The notes: a model not told the origin generated them from the letters alone. Positions 1-10,799 are shown, counted from the stretch's first letter. The stretch is DNA of 53,442 nt from an uncultured Nitrospiraceae bacterium (GCA_963727805.1 CAVSHF010000001.1:1-53442), one strand, 5' to 3'. A program made the numbers and translations.

Positions 1-1209
1 ATTCTCCAAGAGATGTCCCATCTTTTTCTTCTTCGTCTTTAGATAAAGAATATTCTTCTCGTTCGGGTTTGTCTCTATGGAAACCCTCTCGACAACCTTC
101 AACCCGTAACCCTCGAGTCCAACTATTTTTTTGGGATTGTTCGTTATGAGCTTCATCTTCCTTATCCCGAGATCAACCAGTATCTGGGCACCGATGCCAT
201 AATCCCTCAAGTCCGCCTTGAATCCGAGCTGAAGATTGGCCTCCACCGTATCAAGTCCTTTGTCCTGGAGTTCATAGGCCTTAAGCTTGTTGGGCAGCCC
301 GATGCCCCTGCCTTCCTGGCGCATATAGAGGATAACGCCCCTGCCTTCCTTCTGGATCATCTCCATTGCCTTGTGCAACTGGTCGCCACAGTCACACCGT
401 TTGGAGCCGAAGACATCACCTGTAAGGCATTCGGAATGGACCCTGACGAGCACCTTATCTTCAGGCGTAATCGCTCCTTTGACAAGGGCGATATGAACAC
501 TTTTATCGACGAGGTTTGAGTATGCTATGGCGGTAAAATCGCCCCCGTACTTCGTCGGCATCTGCACGGTGGCGATGCGTTTAACAAAGCTTTCGGTCCT
601 CATCCGATACTGGATAAGGTGCTTAATGGCAATGACTTTTAATGAATGGATCTTTGCGAATTCGAGCAACTGTGGCATCCGCGCCATGGTGCCGTCGTCG
701 TTCATTATCTCGCAGATAACGCCCGCTGGATAGAGCCCGGCGAGTCTGGAGAGGTCGACGGAACCCTCGGTCTGGCCTGCTCTCTGTAAAACGCCGCCCG
801 GCTTGCACCTCAAAGGAAAGATGTGTCCCGGACGGGCTATGTCCTCAGGTTTGGATTTAGGATTAATAGCGGTTAATATTGTTACGGCACGGTCTTGGGC
901 TGAGATGCCGGTGGTGACGCCTTTTTTCGCCTCAATCGAAACCGTGAAAGCGGTCCCGAAGGAGGAAGTATTGTCATCCGTCATCATGGGCAGATTAAGT
1001 TCCAGGACTCGTTGAGGGGTGAGGGAAAGACAGATGAGGCCCCTTCCGTACTTAGCCATGAAATTGATGGCTTCAGGGGTGACCTTTTCAGCGGCCATGC
1101 AGAGGTCGCCCTCGTTTTCCCTGTCTTCGTCATCGACGAGAATGACCATCTTGCCCTTTTCGATATCCTCGAGTGCCTCCTCGATTGTATTTAATTTATA
1201 TCTGTCCAT
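1..1209 (-). CDS. ribBA: Bifunctional DHBP synthase / GTP cyclohydrolase II (3' end runs off window)
   Basis: Manual translation from ATG at 1209 (SD GGAGG upstream): [36 protein letters not shown]; frame stays open to position 1, ending in the typical C-terminus [15 protein letters not shown]. Absent from the ORF track because the stop is outside the window. Confidence 0.96.
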   Translation of the reverse strand, partial: MDRYKLNTIEEALEDIEKGKMVILVDDEDRENEGDLCMAAEKVTPEAINFMAKYGRGLICLSLTPQRVLELNLPMMTDDNTSSFGTAFTVSIEAKKGVTTGISAQDRAVTILTAINPKSKPEDIARPGHIFPLRCKPGGVLQRAGQTEGSVDLSRLAGLYPAGVICEIMNDDGTMARMPQLLEFAKIHSLKVIAIKHLIQYRMRTESFVKRIATVQMPTKYGGDFTAIAYSNLVDKSVHIALVKGAITPEDKVLVRVHSECLTGDVFGSKRCDCGDQLHKAMEMIQKEGRGVILYMRQEGRGIGLPNKLKAYELQDKGLDTVEANLQLGFKADLRDYGIGAQILVDLGIRKMKLITNNPKKIVGLEGYGLKVVERVSIETNPNEKNILYLKTKKKKMGHLLEN

Positions 1210-1452
1210 GTGGTTCCTCCATAAGCGAAAGACCTGAATTGGCAATCGGCAGTGAATCAAAAGGGGAAAGTGAGCATTTTTTGATACCACTGAATTTCCT
1301 TTGTAAGTATAGCAGAAATAAAAAAGGTCTTTCCAGAAAACAAAAAGCTCTCCTGCCTTTTTCCCTTTCAGTAATACTGTTGTTTTTATTGAATACTACC
1401 GACGCCTACCAATGAGTTCACAGCTACGACTATAGACGATATTGTTTTCTAA

Positions 1453-1481
1453 TTGAACGATCTGTACTGATATGTTATCAT
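1453..1481 (+). promoter_or_regulatory. sigma70-type promoter of csp1
   Basis: TTGAAC-17 nt-TATCAT with TGn extension. Confidence 0.65.
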
Positions 1482-1490
1482 ACAACAAAG

Positions 1491-1555
1491 CTTCAGAAGT
1501 ATTTGCGATCACAAGAGGGCATAAAGACTTTGAACTTTGTGGCCTTTTTTTATTT
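1491..1555 (+). promoter_or_regulatory. Conserved csp 5' leader, copy 1 (terminator/antiterminator switch candidate)
   Basis: AGAAGTATTTG..GGGCATAAAG-ACTTTGAA-CTTTGTGGCC-T7; shared with the leaders at 22877-22935 and 23317-23368. Confidence 0.75.
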
Positions 1556-1595
1556 GAGCCTTTTGAAGTTTCAGTTTGAGGGGGAGGGAGAATAA

Positions 1596-1796
1596 ATGGC
1601 ACAAGGCACTGTGAAGTGGTTCAACGACAGCAAGGGGTTTGGCTTTATTACGGCCGAAGACGGAACCGATATTTTCGTCCACCATACGTCCGTTCAGGGC
1701 AGTGGCTTTAAGAGTCTTGCCGAAGGAGACAAAGTCACCTTCGACATCGAAAAAGGACCGAAAGGGCCCAAAGCGGTCAACGTTATAAAACTGTAA
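1596..1796 (+). CDS. csp: Cold-shock protein (CspA family), copy 1
   Basis: GTVKWFN, RNP1 KGFGFI, RNP2 IFVH; 66 aa; SD GGAG. Confidence 0.97.
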   Translation: MAQGTVKWFNDSKGFGFITAEDGTDIFVHHTSVQGSGFKSLAEGDKVTFDIEKGPKGPKAVNVIKL

Positions 1797-1849
1797 TCAG
1801 CAGGGAAGGGGCTTTCCTCATGGAGGGGGCTTTAATAGTTGGAGGGAAA

Positions 1850-2215
1850 ATGAATCGCAAAATGAAGATGACGATGGCAAAGGCCGAAAGGAAGCAACAG
1901 GAAGCAGAGGCGGGCATTGTGTCCGCACTCTTCCCGGAAGTTGCAAGCGTTGTTGTTAGCATGACATATAAACAAATGGGCGTGCTTGAGCCGTTCCAGC
2001 GAACGGTTAATTTCTTCCCGAGCAGTTATGCCATTTTCATGGTAAACTGTTTAAACGAAGGGTGCGTTGGCGGAGGCTTTGATTTCACTAGGATAGTAAC
2101 CACAATGGTTAGAGATCTTAAAAGTGTTTCAAGAGGAAAACTTCGGTGCAAGGGCTGCGGTCCAAACGCCGATTTTTCGAATATCGTTTACGAAATTGCT
2201 ATACGCTATGTGTAG
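1850..2215 (+). CDS. Hypothetical protein with Cys motifs (CxxxxCxGGGFDF, CxGC), possibly metal-binding
   Basis: SD GGAGGG before ATG 1850; 121 aa; directly follows csp1. Confidence 0.7.
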   Translation: MNRKMKMTMAKAERKQQEAEAGIVSALFPEVASVVVSMTYKQMGVLEPFQRTVNFFPSSYAIFMVNCLNEGCVGGGFDFTRIVTTMVRDLKSVSRGKLRCKGCGPNADFSNIVYEIAIRYV

Positions 2216-2388
2216 GTAGAATCGCAATCGCGACGCTGCTCTTGGCTTTGCGGTCCTTCCGAGCTTGAGGGTTTCTTTACTTCAGTTCTGAAGGTATGTA
2301 TGTGCTGGGAAGCAAAGACCAATGGGCGCACTTAGGGACTTTGATCTCGAAATAGTCTGGACTATACGCTAAAGGAGGAGGCGGAGAT

Positions 2389-2685
2389 ATGATAGAGCTG
2401 AAAAAGACGGAAATTGCTGAAACCGCGTTCCGGGACGCGTCCGTGGGTGGTAGCCCGCTGAAGGAAGCATTCGAAAAAGCGAGGGACGCCACGGAGAAAA
2501 AAACGAAGGAGCTGACCGTGCTCATCGAATGCAACTTCATCGTTGAGGTGAGCCAGTCTGTGGCTACGAAGGGAGAACACGCCAAATATATTGAACGGTT
2601 TGTTAGAGGCATTCTGGCAGACAACAAGCAGATCAAGGAGGTCATCGATGTGGATGCCTTTGAGCCGGAAATGGGCGTAGAATAA
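2389..2685 (+). CDS. Hypothetical protein, 98 aa
   Basis: Strong SD (GGAGG/GGAG); protein-like composition; family not recognised. Confidence 0.65.
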   Translation: MIELKKTEIAETAFRDASVGGSPLKEAFEKARDATEKKTKELTVLIECNFIVEVSQSVATKGEHAKYIERFVRGILADNKQIKEVIDVDAFEPEMGVE

Positions 2686-2847
2686 ACGCTGTCCCTATTC
2701 CCCTCTTTTCTTTCCTGAACAGGACTATTCGTCTAAGGCGGATGGCTCAAAACAGCGCTGTCTTGAACTTAGCCGCTTAATATTCTCTCTTATCCCGGGC
2801 GTCATTGCTTTTTGTATCAGTCTCCCGGTAATGGTATCATTATTTCC

Positions 2848-4131
2848 GTGAGCAATTCAGGACCAGCGAGAATCCCGTTGCATTACGGTTGGGTTATTGT
2901 CGTCGTCGGCACCCTCTGCATATTCGCATGTCTGGGGCTTGGGCGTTTTGCCCTTGGGATGCTATTGCCGTCCATGGCCACGTCCCTGAACCTCAGCTAT
3001 GCAGAAATGGGTTTTATCAGCACCGGTAATTTTGTTGGCTACCTCTTCTCCGTGCTGGTCTGCGGCTTCTGGGCACTGAGAATCGGAGCGAGGAAGCTCA
3101 TATTTCTTGCCCTGCTGCTCATCGGTTGTACCATGATTTTGTCTGGCATGGCACAGGGGTTTCGCTCCCTGCTCGTCATTTATACGCTCACTGGCATCGG
3201 TAGCGGGGCCGCCAACGTTCCGGTTATGGCCCTGGTTACTGCGTGGTTTACAAGCAGCGTGAGAGGGAGGGCTTCAGGCTTTGTTGTAATAGGCAGCGGC
3301 TTTGCCATAATACTTTCGGGCAAACTGATCCCGTTTATAAATGAATTGTATGGAGCAGAAGGATGGCGGATCGGTTGGTACATTCTGGGCTCTATGGTTG
3401 TTATCGTTGCTTTTCTGGCCTACATCCTTCTGAGAGACAGACCCGAGGAAAAGGGATTAAAGCCGATTGGGGGCGATCTCCTCATAATGGCGCACCCACG
3501 AGCTCACAATGGCACTGATAGGAGCATTTATAAGAAAGGGATTCTCTACCATCTGGGCTCTATCTATTTTCTTTTCGGGTACACCTATGTTATTTATGCG
3601 ACGTTCATCGTTACGACCCTGGTGAAAGAGAGGGGGTTCCCTGAGGCTAGTGCAGGTAATTTCTGGGCGATCCTGGGGTTTCTAAGTCTCTTCTCGGGGC
3701 CCGTCTTTGGTGCTCTATCGGACAAGCTCGGGCGAAAAAAGGGATTCATTATAGTCTTTTCTTTGCAGATGACCTCATACCTGCTAATAGCGTCGGGACT
3801 ATCCGATGTATTCCTCTATCTTTCCATAGGACTCTATGGCATTGCAGCATGGAGTATTCCATCCATTATGGCGGCTGCGGTGGGTGATTATGCCGGTCCT
3901 AAAAAGATGACGACAGCCTTTGGCCTTGTTACCTTTATCTTCGGCCTTGGCCAAATCGCAGGCCCGGCTGTGGCAGGGATGCTTGCGGAAATACAGGGGA
4001 GCTTTGCGCCAAGCTTTCTGATGGCGGCAGCCCTTGCGGGGTTGGCTATTGTACTGTCCCTCTTTTTGAGGAAACCGGAACAGCATCTGCTCAGGGCCGA
4101 TGAGGCACGGCGTCCACATAAAGCATTGTGA
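2848..4131 (+). CDS. MFS transporter (YbfB/YjiJ-like)
   Basis: About 12 TM segments, GLGRFALGMLLP motif, motif A GALSDKLGRK. Start GTG 2848 inferred (ORF track starts at 2812). Confidence 0.9.
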   Translation: MSNSGPARIPLHYGWVIVVVGTLCIFACLGLGRFALGMLLPSMATSLNLSYAEMGFISTGNFVGYLFSVLVCGFWALRIGARKLIFLALLLIGCTMILSGMAQGFRSLLVIYTLTGIGSGAANVPVMALVTAWFTSSVRGRASGFVVIGSGFAIILSGKLIPFINELYGAEGWRIGWYILGSMVVIVAFLAYILLRDRPEEKGLKPIGGDLLIMAHPRAHNGTDRSIYKKGILYHLGSIYFLFGYTYVIYATFIVTTLVKERGFPEASAGNFWAILGFLSLFSGPVFGALSDKLGRKKGFIIVFSLQMTSYLLIASGLSDVFLYLSIGLYGIAAWSIPSIMAAAVGDYAGPKKMTTAFGLVTFIFGLGQIAGPAVAGMLAEIQGSFAPSFLMAAALAGLAIVLSLFLRKPEQHLLRADEARRPHKAL

Positions 4132-4132
4132 C

Positions 4133-4801
4133 TTAAATAAATCCAGAGTCTTTGAGCTTTGAAAGAAAACGGTAGTCCGAGCTCCCGTCTCCGGTAACAG
4201 TTTCTTCCGGCCCAACTTTGTACAGGAATTTTTCTACATACTTTGCAAGTATGTCGGGTTCAAGATTGACGGTGTCACCCACCTTCTTGAAGCCAATGGT
4301 TGTTAGCGAACTGGTATGGGGGATTATCACGAGGCTGAAAGCGTCGCTGAGGACATCGACAACGGTCAGGCTTATCCCATCTACCGACACGGAGCCTTTC
4401 TGAACGAGATATTTGAGGATATTGGCCGGCGCCTCGATCTCTATCCTCTCGGCGTTCCCCTCAGTCCTTCTCGACCTGATCCTGCCGATGCCGTCAACAT
4501 GTCCTGATACAAAATGGCCGCCCATTTTCGAGTCCGGCCTGAGAGAAGGTTCAAGGTTCACCTTGTCCCCATTTTTCAGTTCACCGAGATTGGTGCTCTT
4601 GAGAGTTTCATCTGAGACATCGAAGGAGGACACATCACCTTTAACAGACGTGACGGTAAGGCAGACGCCATTGATGGCAATACTGTCGCCGAGAACGATG
4701 TCTTTAAGGATTTTGTGGCTTTTGATTGCGAGTCTGGCATTATGCGCGCGCCTGTCAAGCGCTGCAATCTCCCCGAGCTCAATTATCAATCCAGTGAACA
4801 T
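4133..4801 (-). CDS. ribE: Riboflavin synthase (alpha chain)
   Basis: MFTGLI N-terminus, GDSIAINGVCLTV, GGHFVSGHVDG. Confidence 0.97.
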   Translation of the reverse strand: MFTGLIIELGEIAALDRRAHNARLAIKSHKILKDIVLGDSIAINGVCLTVTSVKGDVSSFDVSDETLKSTNLGELKNGDKVNLEPSLRPDSKMGGHFVSGHVDGIGRIRSRRTEGNAERIEIEAPANILKYLVQKGSVSVDGISLTVVDVLSDAFSLVIIPHTSSLTTIGFKKVGDTVNLEPDILAKYVEKFLYKVGPEETVTGDGSSDYRFLSKLKDSGFI

Positions 4802-4861
4802 TTTAATTTAAAATAAGACTTCCGCACTCCTCGCCTTCATTTGAGGGGTGGAGTGGTGGGG

Positions 4862-5509
4862 TCAATTTATCAGCTTTCCGATCCTGTCGAATCTAGGGAA
4901 CGTTTTTATACTGTCCCAGGACCAGTATATGATCATAGCCTTTCCCCTTACCTGCTTTATATCCACATAGCCCCAGAACCTGCTGTCGTAACTCTGGTCC
5001 CTGTTGTCTCCCATCATAAAGAGTTTGTTTTTGGGAACGAGATAAGGGCCGAAGTTGTCCCGAGGCTCTGATTGACCCATATGCAAAGAGGTATCAGTGT
5101 GCTGAGTGAAGTTTTCTTCCATGAGCTTCCCGTTGATATATACCTTCTTGTCGATCATCTGGATGGTGTCACCTTCAACTGCAACGGTCCGTTTGATAAA
5201 ATCCCGCGTTGGGTCTTCAGGGTATTTGAAGACGATAATTTCGCCCCGCTGCGGATGTCTGAGCCCCGGCATATGGAACAAGGTCACATTCGTAAAAGGG
5301 ATATCTACTGGGGTACCATATACCATCTTGTTCACCAACAAGTGGTCTCCCACAAGGAGAGTCGGGATCATGGAGCCGGAGGGTATCTTAAAGGCTTGAA
5401 CCGCAAAGGTTCTGATGATAAGCGCCAGGATGAGCGCTGTCCCGATAGCCCTAACATACTCCCAAATTTTTTCCGGGGTGTTTGATCTTTGTGTCTTTTT
5501 CCTTTCCAT
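4862..5509 (-). CDS. lepB: Signal peptidase I
   Basis: IPSGSMIPTL (Ser), FIKR (Lys), GDNRDQSYDSRFWG. Confidence 0.97.
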   Translation of the reverse strand: MERKKTQRSNTPEKIWEYVRAIGTALILALIIRTFAVQAFKIPSGSMIPTLLVGDHLLVNKMVYGTPVDIPFTNVTLFHMPGLRHPQRGEIIVFKYPEDPTRDFIKRTVAVEGDTIQMIDKKVYINGKLMEENFTQHTDTSLHMGQSEPRDNFGPYLVPKNKLFMMGDNRDQSYDSRFWGYVDIKQVRGKAMIIYWSWDSIKTFPRFDRIGKLIN

Positions 5510-7300
5510 CTATTCTTTCACCTTCAAGACTGAAAGAAACGCTTCCTGGGGTATTTCAACCCGCCCAATTTGTTTCATCCTCTTCTTCCCTTCCTTTTGT
5601 TTTTCGAGGAGTTTCCTCTTTCTCGTGATATCTCCACCGTAGCATTTCGCGAGAACGTCCTTCCTGAGTGCCTTAACGCTTTCCCTTGCTATGATCTTGC
5701 CGCCGATGGAGGCCTGGATCGCGATCTCATACATCTGGCGTGGGATGACTTGTCTGAGTTTTTCCACTATTTGTCTGCCCTTATGATAAGCATTGTCTTT
5801 GTGGACAATCAAGGAAAGTGCATCCACGGACTCTCCATTGAGCAGGATATCGAGTTTGATGAGTTTCGATTCACGGTATCCAACGAATTCGTAATCCATT
5901 GAGGCGTATCCTCGTGAGAGGGATTTGAGACTATCGTAAAAGTCCCAGAGTATCTCGTTCAATGGCAGTTCATAGGCAATCGTGATCCTGTCTTTCCCAA
6001 CGTAGATGAAGTCCTTCTGGGTTCCGCGCTTTGACTGGCAGAGTTCGAGCATCTGCCCGACGAATTCTTGGGGAACGAAGATCGAAACTTTTACGTAAGG
6101 CTCTTCGATGCTCTCGAAGTGATCCGGAAGGCTGCTTGGATTGTCAATCCATAACTCCTTACCGCTCATGTCCATCACTTTATAAATGACGGTAGGAGCC
6201 GTGCTGATTAGCGAGAGCTGGAACTCCCTCTCAAGCCTTTCCTTGACAATCTCCATGTGGAGAAGTCCGAGAAAACCGCACCGGAAGCCGAATCCAAGTG
6301 CGGTAGACGTCTCAGGCTCATAGTTGAATGAGGAATCGTTGAGCCGTAATTTCTCAAGGGCCATCTTGAGGTCTTCATACTGATTCGTCTCGACCGGATA
6401 AAGACCGCAAAAAACCATTGGCTTTATCTCTTTGTACCCTTCGAGTTGCATGGTAGCCGGATTGGCAGCATCAGTGATGGTATCGCCGATCTTCGTATCG
6501 GCTATTGTCTTGATGCCCGCGATTATGTAGCCGACTTCGCCCGAAGAGAGAGATGGGACCTCCTGGGGCTTTGGAGTTAAAACACCTGTCTTCATCACTT
6601 CATATTCTTTTTTAGTGGCCATAAATCGTATTCTCATCCCAGGTTTGATCCGGCCCTCGAAGACCCTGACGAGGACGATGACCCCTTGGTAATTGTCGAA
6701 CCACGAGTCGAATATTAGCGCCCTCGGCGGTGCATTATCGTCACCTTTCGGTGGGGGTATCTTCTTCACTATGGCCTCGAGTATCTCTTTTATGCCGACT
6801 CCCTCTTTCGCGCTCGCGAGAATGGCTTCGGAGCAATCGATGCCGATAATGTCTTCGATCTGCTCCTTGACCCGCTCGGGTTCAGCGCTCGGCAGATCTA
6901 TTTTATTGATGACCGGAATGATCTCGTGATTATGATCGAGGGCGAGGTAAGTATTCGCAAGGGTTTGGGCCTCAACGCCCTGAGTGGCATCGACAACGAG
7001 GAGACTCCCTTCGCACGATGCGAGGCTTCTCGAAACTTCATATGAGAAGTCAACATGGCCCGGGGTATCGATAAGATTCAAAATATATGCAGTGCCGTCA
7101 TCCGCGGTGTAATTGAGTTTCACCGCATGTGCCTTGATGGTAATGCCCCTCTCCCTTTCGAGGTCCATAGAATCAAGGACTTGCTCCATCATCTCTCGCT
7201 GACTCAGGGCGCCGGTATGCTCGAGGATGCGGTCGGCAAGGGTTGATTTGCCGTGATCGATGTGGGCGATAATGGAAAAATTCCTTATATTTCTCGTCAT
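5510..7300 (-). CDS. lepA: Elongation factor 4
   Basis: [45 protein letters not shown]; start at ATG 7300. Confidence 0.98.
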   Translation of the reverse strand: MTRNIRNFSIIAHIDHGKSTLADRILEHTGALSQREMMEQVLDSMDLERERGITIKAHAVKLNYTADDGTAYILNLIDTPGHVDFSYEVSRSLASCEGSLLVVDATQGVEAQTLANTYLALDHNHEIIPVINKIDLPSAEPERVKEQIEDIIGIDCSEAILASAKEGVGIKEILEAIVKKIPPPKGDDNAPPRALIFDSWFDNYQGVIVLVRVFEGRIKPGMRIRFMATKKEYEVMKTGVLTPKPQEVPSLSSGEVGYIIAGIKTIADTKIGDTITDAANPATMQLEGYKEIKPMVFCGLYPVETNQYEDLKMALEKLRLNDSSFNYEPETSTALGFGFRCGFLGLLHMEIVKERLEREFQLSLISTAPTVIYKVMDMSGKELWIDNPSSLPDHFESIEEPYVKVSIFVPQEFVGQMLELCQSKRGTQKDFIYVGKDRITIAYELPLNEILWDFYDSLKSLSRGYASMDYEFVGYRESKLIKLDILLNGESVDALSLIVHKDNAYHKGRQIVEKLRQVIPRQMYEIAIQASIGGKIIARESVKALRKDVLAKCYGGDITRKRKLLEKQKEGKKRMKQIGRVEIPQEAFLSVLKVKE

Positions 7301-7319
7301 ATTTAATATGCCTGTCCGG

Positions 7320-8276
7320 TTAAATCCTCTCCGAGCATTCTTCTTCTTTTTCAAAAACGAGGGCTGCCATCCCGATTGTGCCAGCGTCATCCCCTAGCGA
7401 CGAGGCGATAATCTGGACCTTCGAAAAAAGTTCAGGGAATGCCCTTTTCGAGGCCTCAGCAATCGCAGCTTCAATATAGATATTCCATGCCCCCAGCAGG
7501 CCGCCGGTAAGGATGACAGCCTCAGGGCTTGTGATATTGATCATGTTCGCGATGCCGATACCGAGGGCCTTTCCCGCATCCCGCAGTACAGACCTGGCAA
7601 GAGGATCTCCCTCAAGGGCGGCCATGTAGATGTTCTCGGCCGTTAGTTTATAGAAATTACCATTATAAGAATTCCGGAGAATACTCGGCGCTCCCTTTTC
7701 GATGGACGATATGGCACTGCCGATGATCGCCGTGGCAGAAGCATACGATTCGAGGCAGCCGAGATTTCCACAGCCGCATTGTGGCCCCGCCGTGTTGACG
7801 GTGGTATGCCCGATTTCGGCAGCAACGGGCAACAATCTGCTGTTCACGACTATACCCCCCCCAATGCCGGTGCCAAGCGTCAGCATGATGAAATTGCTAA
7901 ATGTACTGCCTGCGCCGGCAACCTTCTCTCCAAACGCAGCTGCATTAGCATCATTTTCGATTCTGACGCGGACGCCATAGCGCCTATGAATCACCTCTTT
8001 CATATTGAGGCCAGAAAAGTTCTTGATGTTGGGGGATCTGAGGATCGTGCCCGAAGAGGTCTCGACGATACCGGCAACCGCGAGACCTATCCCGCAGACG
8101 GGCATGTTGCCTGGTACGTTCCCGCAGAGGCTATCGATGAGCCTGAAGAGGACCGACAGCGGTTCATCACCGGTGGTCTCCTTTAATTTCGATACGATGC
8201 GGCATTCCGCATTAACCAGGGAGACCCTGATATTCGTGCCGCCGATATCTCCTACTATGCAATAACGTTCAATCAC
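7320..8276 (-). CDS. ROK family sugar kinase (glucokinase-like)
   Basis: [35 protein letters not shown]; start GTG 8276 inferred. Confidence 0.92.
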   Translation of the reverse strand: MIERYCIVGDIGGTNIRVSLVNAECRIVSKLKETTGDEPLSVLFRLIDSLCGNVPGNMPVCGIGLAVAGIVETSSGTILRSPNIKNFSGLNMKEVIHRRYGVRVRIENDANAAAFGEKVAGAGSTFSNFIMLTLGTGIGGGIVVNSRLLPVAAEIGHTTVNTAGPQCGCGNLGCLESYASATAIIGSAISSIEKGAPSILRNSYNGNFYKLTAENIYMAALEGDPLARSVLRDAGKALGIGIANMINITSPEAVILTGGLLGAWNIYIEAAIAEASKRAFPELFSKVQIIASSLGDDAGTIGMAALVFEKEEECSERI

Positions 8277-8456
8277 GATAAGAATTCCCCCGCAACTTGA
8301 ATAACTCAATATTATAGCAGATTACCCTCGGCTGGCATAATTTGAAGGCTGCGCGGCTGATGCAACGCCCAAATATATTGTGGTATACTAAGCACCAGCC
8401 TGACGTAGGTCTACATGATAGGCATGTCGAAAATAAAGGCGTGAGGAAGGAAAGTC

Positions 8457-10715
8457 ATGAACAGAAAAATATTCGCCTGTGCATGTCTGTGCATTTTTCT
8501 GTTGGTTACCATAAAGAGTGTGGCATTCGCTGAGGAACTTCCAACTGTTACTGCGGTGGAGATACAAGGGTTGCGGCGAATCGAGGAAGGTGCGGTCAAA
8601 GCCAAGCTTTCACAAAAGACTGGAGCGGCTCTTTCTCAGGAAAAGACTACCGAAGACATAAAGACTATTTTTAAAATGGGCTATTTTGATGATGTGAATG
8701 TTTCTCTGGAGCCATTCGAAGGTGGAATCAAGGTAATCTATGCAGTTAAAGAAAAACCGACTATAATCAAGGTCGATTTTCAGGGCAATAAAGAATATGA
8801 CGATGCGAAACTGAAAGAACATGTATCAGTGACACCCGGTGCCATTGCAGACATAACTTTGATAAACGACAACGCCGTAAAATTAAGGACCTTCTATGAA
8901 GATGAGGGGTATTATCTGGCGAAGGTGGTCCCTATTATCAATAAAACTGATGTGGGTGAGGTCGTTGTCACCTATCAAATTAACGAGAGCGACAAAGTAA
9001 AGATAAAGAAGATCATTATAGAGAACAACAAGGCTCTCTCCGCAAGCAAGATCAAAAAAGCGATGAAGACGAAGGAGAGAGGGATAATCTCTTTTATCAC
9101 CGGAACGGGGTATTACAAGAAAGAAGAGATGAAGGCTAGCATAGAGCAGATCAGAGACCTCTATTACGACAACGGGTATCTTAAAATCGTTGTCGGTGAG
9201 CCTACGATCAAGCTGACGGAAAATTTGAAGGGGATGACGATCACGATTCCTGTTTCGGAAGGTGATCAATTCAAGGTGTCTTCCGTGGCGGTTGAGGGCA
9301 ACAAGGTGTATTCCACAAAGGAATTGGATAAACTCATCAAGTTGAAGCCCAATAAGGTATTCAGTAAATCCGTTCTCAAGGAGGATGTAACGGCCTTGTC
9401 CGAAAAACACTCGGAAAATGGATACGCCCTTGTCTCCGTCAATCCCGACCTCAGCCCTGATGAGGAGAAAAAACAGGTCGGCGTCGTTTACAGGATTTCT
9501 GAGGGAGAGAAATACAAAATAGGGAAGATCGATATTTCGGGGAATACGAAGACGAAGGATAAGGTCATCAGGAGGGAAGTGAGGGTCGATGAAGGCGATA
9601 CATTCAACAGTTCCGCTCTGAAACGAAGTTATGAACGACTGAATAATCTCAATTTCTTCGAAACGGTGGACATAGCACCTAAGCCGAGGACTGATGAAAA
9701 AGTGGTCGATCTTGACGTCAAGGTGAAGGAAAAATCAACCGGCTCTTTGAGTGTCGGCGGTGGATACAGCTCCGTCGATAAAATAATTGGCATGGTCGAA
9801 CTCTCTCAGGCCAATCTTTTTGGGGCGGGGCAATTGCTTAAAGTGAGGGGCGAGCTCGGCACAAAGATGAATGACATGGAGCTTACCTTCAGGGACCCAT
9901 GGTTCCTCGATAAGCCCATCGGTTTTGGCGCTACTATATACAAGAATGAAAGGGATTATCCTGATTTTCAGCGAAAGGCAGTAGGACTGGAGCTGAGCTT
10001 CGGCAAGAGATTTTGGGAATACTGGAGTGCTGGCATCGCATACAACCTGGAACAGGTGAAGGTTGCAGATGTCTCTTCAGGAGCGTCACTGATCGTGCTG
10101 GACCAGGTCGGTAAGAAAATCACGAGCGCCATAAGCCCGTCAATCACACGAGATACGAGAGACGTCTACCTCGATCCATCTCGCGGATCGCTGAATTCCA
10201 TCAATACGACTTTTGCAGGTTTTGGAGGAGACAATGCCTTTATCAAGGCGGTCATTGATTCGGGATGGTTTTTCCCGGTCTTCGACGTGACAACCATTCA
10301 CCTGAGGGCCCGCGCTGGCTGGATTGAGGGTATTCTGGGTAAAGCCGTTCCGCTATATGAGAATTTTTATGTCGGCGGTATTTACACGGTACGTGGGCTT
10401 GGATGGGGCATCGCTGGTCCCAAAGACCCGGCAACTGGTGAAGCCATCGGAGGCACAAAGGAACTGGTGTTCAATGCTGAATATATTTTCCCGATTATCA
10501 AGGATCTGAAAATCAAAGGGGTCATCTTTGGTGATGCGGGTAGGGCCTATGGGAGCAGTGAAACATTCGGTAGCGATCTTCGCTATACGACCGGTACCGG
10601 CGTGCGTTGGATATCTCCGTTTGGTCCTGTCAGGGTGGAATGGGGATTTAACCTGTTCCGCAGGACTGGCGAGGCTGCTAGTAAGGTAGAATTCTCATTC
10701 GGGTCGGCGTTTTAA
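8457..10715 (+). CDS. bamA: Outer membrane protein assembly factor BamA
   Basis: Signal peptide, POTRA repeats, FYVGGIYTVRG (VRG motif), C-terminal F. Confidence 0.96.
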   Translation: MNRKIFACACLCIFLLVTIKSVAFAEELPTVTAVEIQGLRRIEEGAVKAKLSQKTGAALSQEKTTEDIKTIFKMGYFDDVNVSLEPFEGGIKVIYAVKEKPTIIKVDFQGNKEYDDAKLKEHVSVTPGAIADITLINDNAVKLRTFYEDEGYYLAKVVPIINKTDVGEVVVTYQINESDKVKIKKIIIENNKALSASKIKKAMKTKERGIISFITGTGYYKKEEMKASIEQIRDLYYDNGYLKIVVGEPTIKLTENLKGMTITIPVSEGDQFKVSSVAVEGNKVYSTKELDKLIKLKPNKVFSKSVLKEDVTALSEKHSENGYALVSVNPDLSPDEEKKQVGVVYRISEGEKYKIGKIDISGNTKTKDKVIRREVRVDEGDTFNSSALKRSYERLNNLNFFETVDIAPKPRTDEKVVDLDVKVKEKSTGSLSVGGGYSSVDKIIGMVELSQANLFGAGQLLKVRGELGTKMNDMELTFRDPWFLDKPIGFGATIYKNERDYPDFQRKAVGLELSFGKRFWEYWSAGIAYNLEQVKVADVSSGASLIVLDQVGKKITSAISPSITRDTRDVYLDPSRGSLNSINTTFAGFGGDNAFIKAVIDSGWFFPVFDVTTIHLRARAGWIEGILGKAVPLYENFYVGGIYTVRGLGWGIAGPKDPATGEAIGGTKELVFNAEYIFPIIKDLKIKGVIFGDAGRAYGSSETFGSDLRYTTGTGVRWISPFGPVRVEWGFNLFRRTGEAASKVEFSFGSAF

Positions 10716-10799
10716 TCGGCAGGCAGGCCCGTCCTGAATGAATATATAAAGTGTGCCTCAATGGCTGACGCACACATCATAAAAACAATGGAGGGAACG

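Noticed and set aside
1210..1310. FMN riboswitch upstream of ribBA
   Set aside because: None of the conserved RFN blocks are present; only a simple hairpin.
527..1415. Short + strand ORFs in the track, and similar antisense ORFs window-wide
   Set aside because: Shadow frames of well-supported genes such as ribBA, with no motifs.
2242..2322. Possible fold TTGG-CTTTGC..GCAAAG-A-CCAA with inner hairpins
   Set aside because: Single copy, short helices and no recognisable motif; could be chance.
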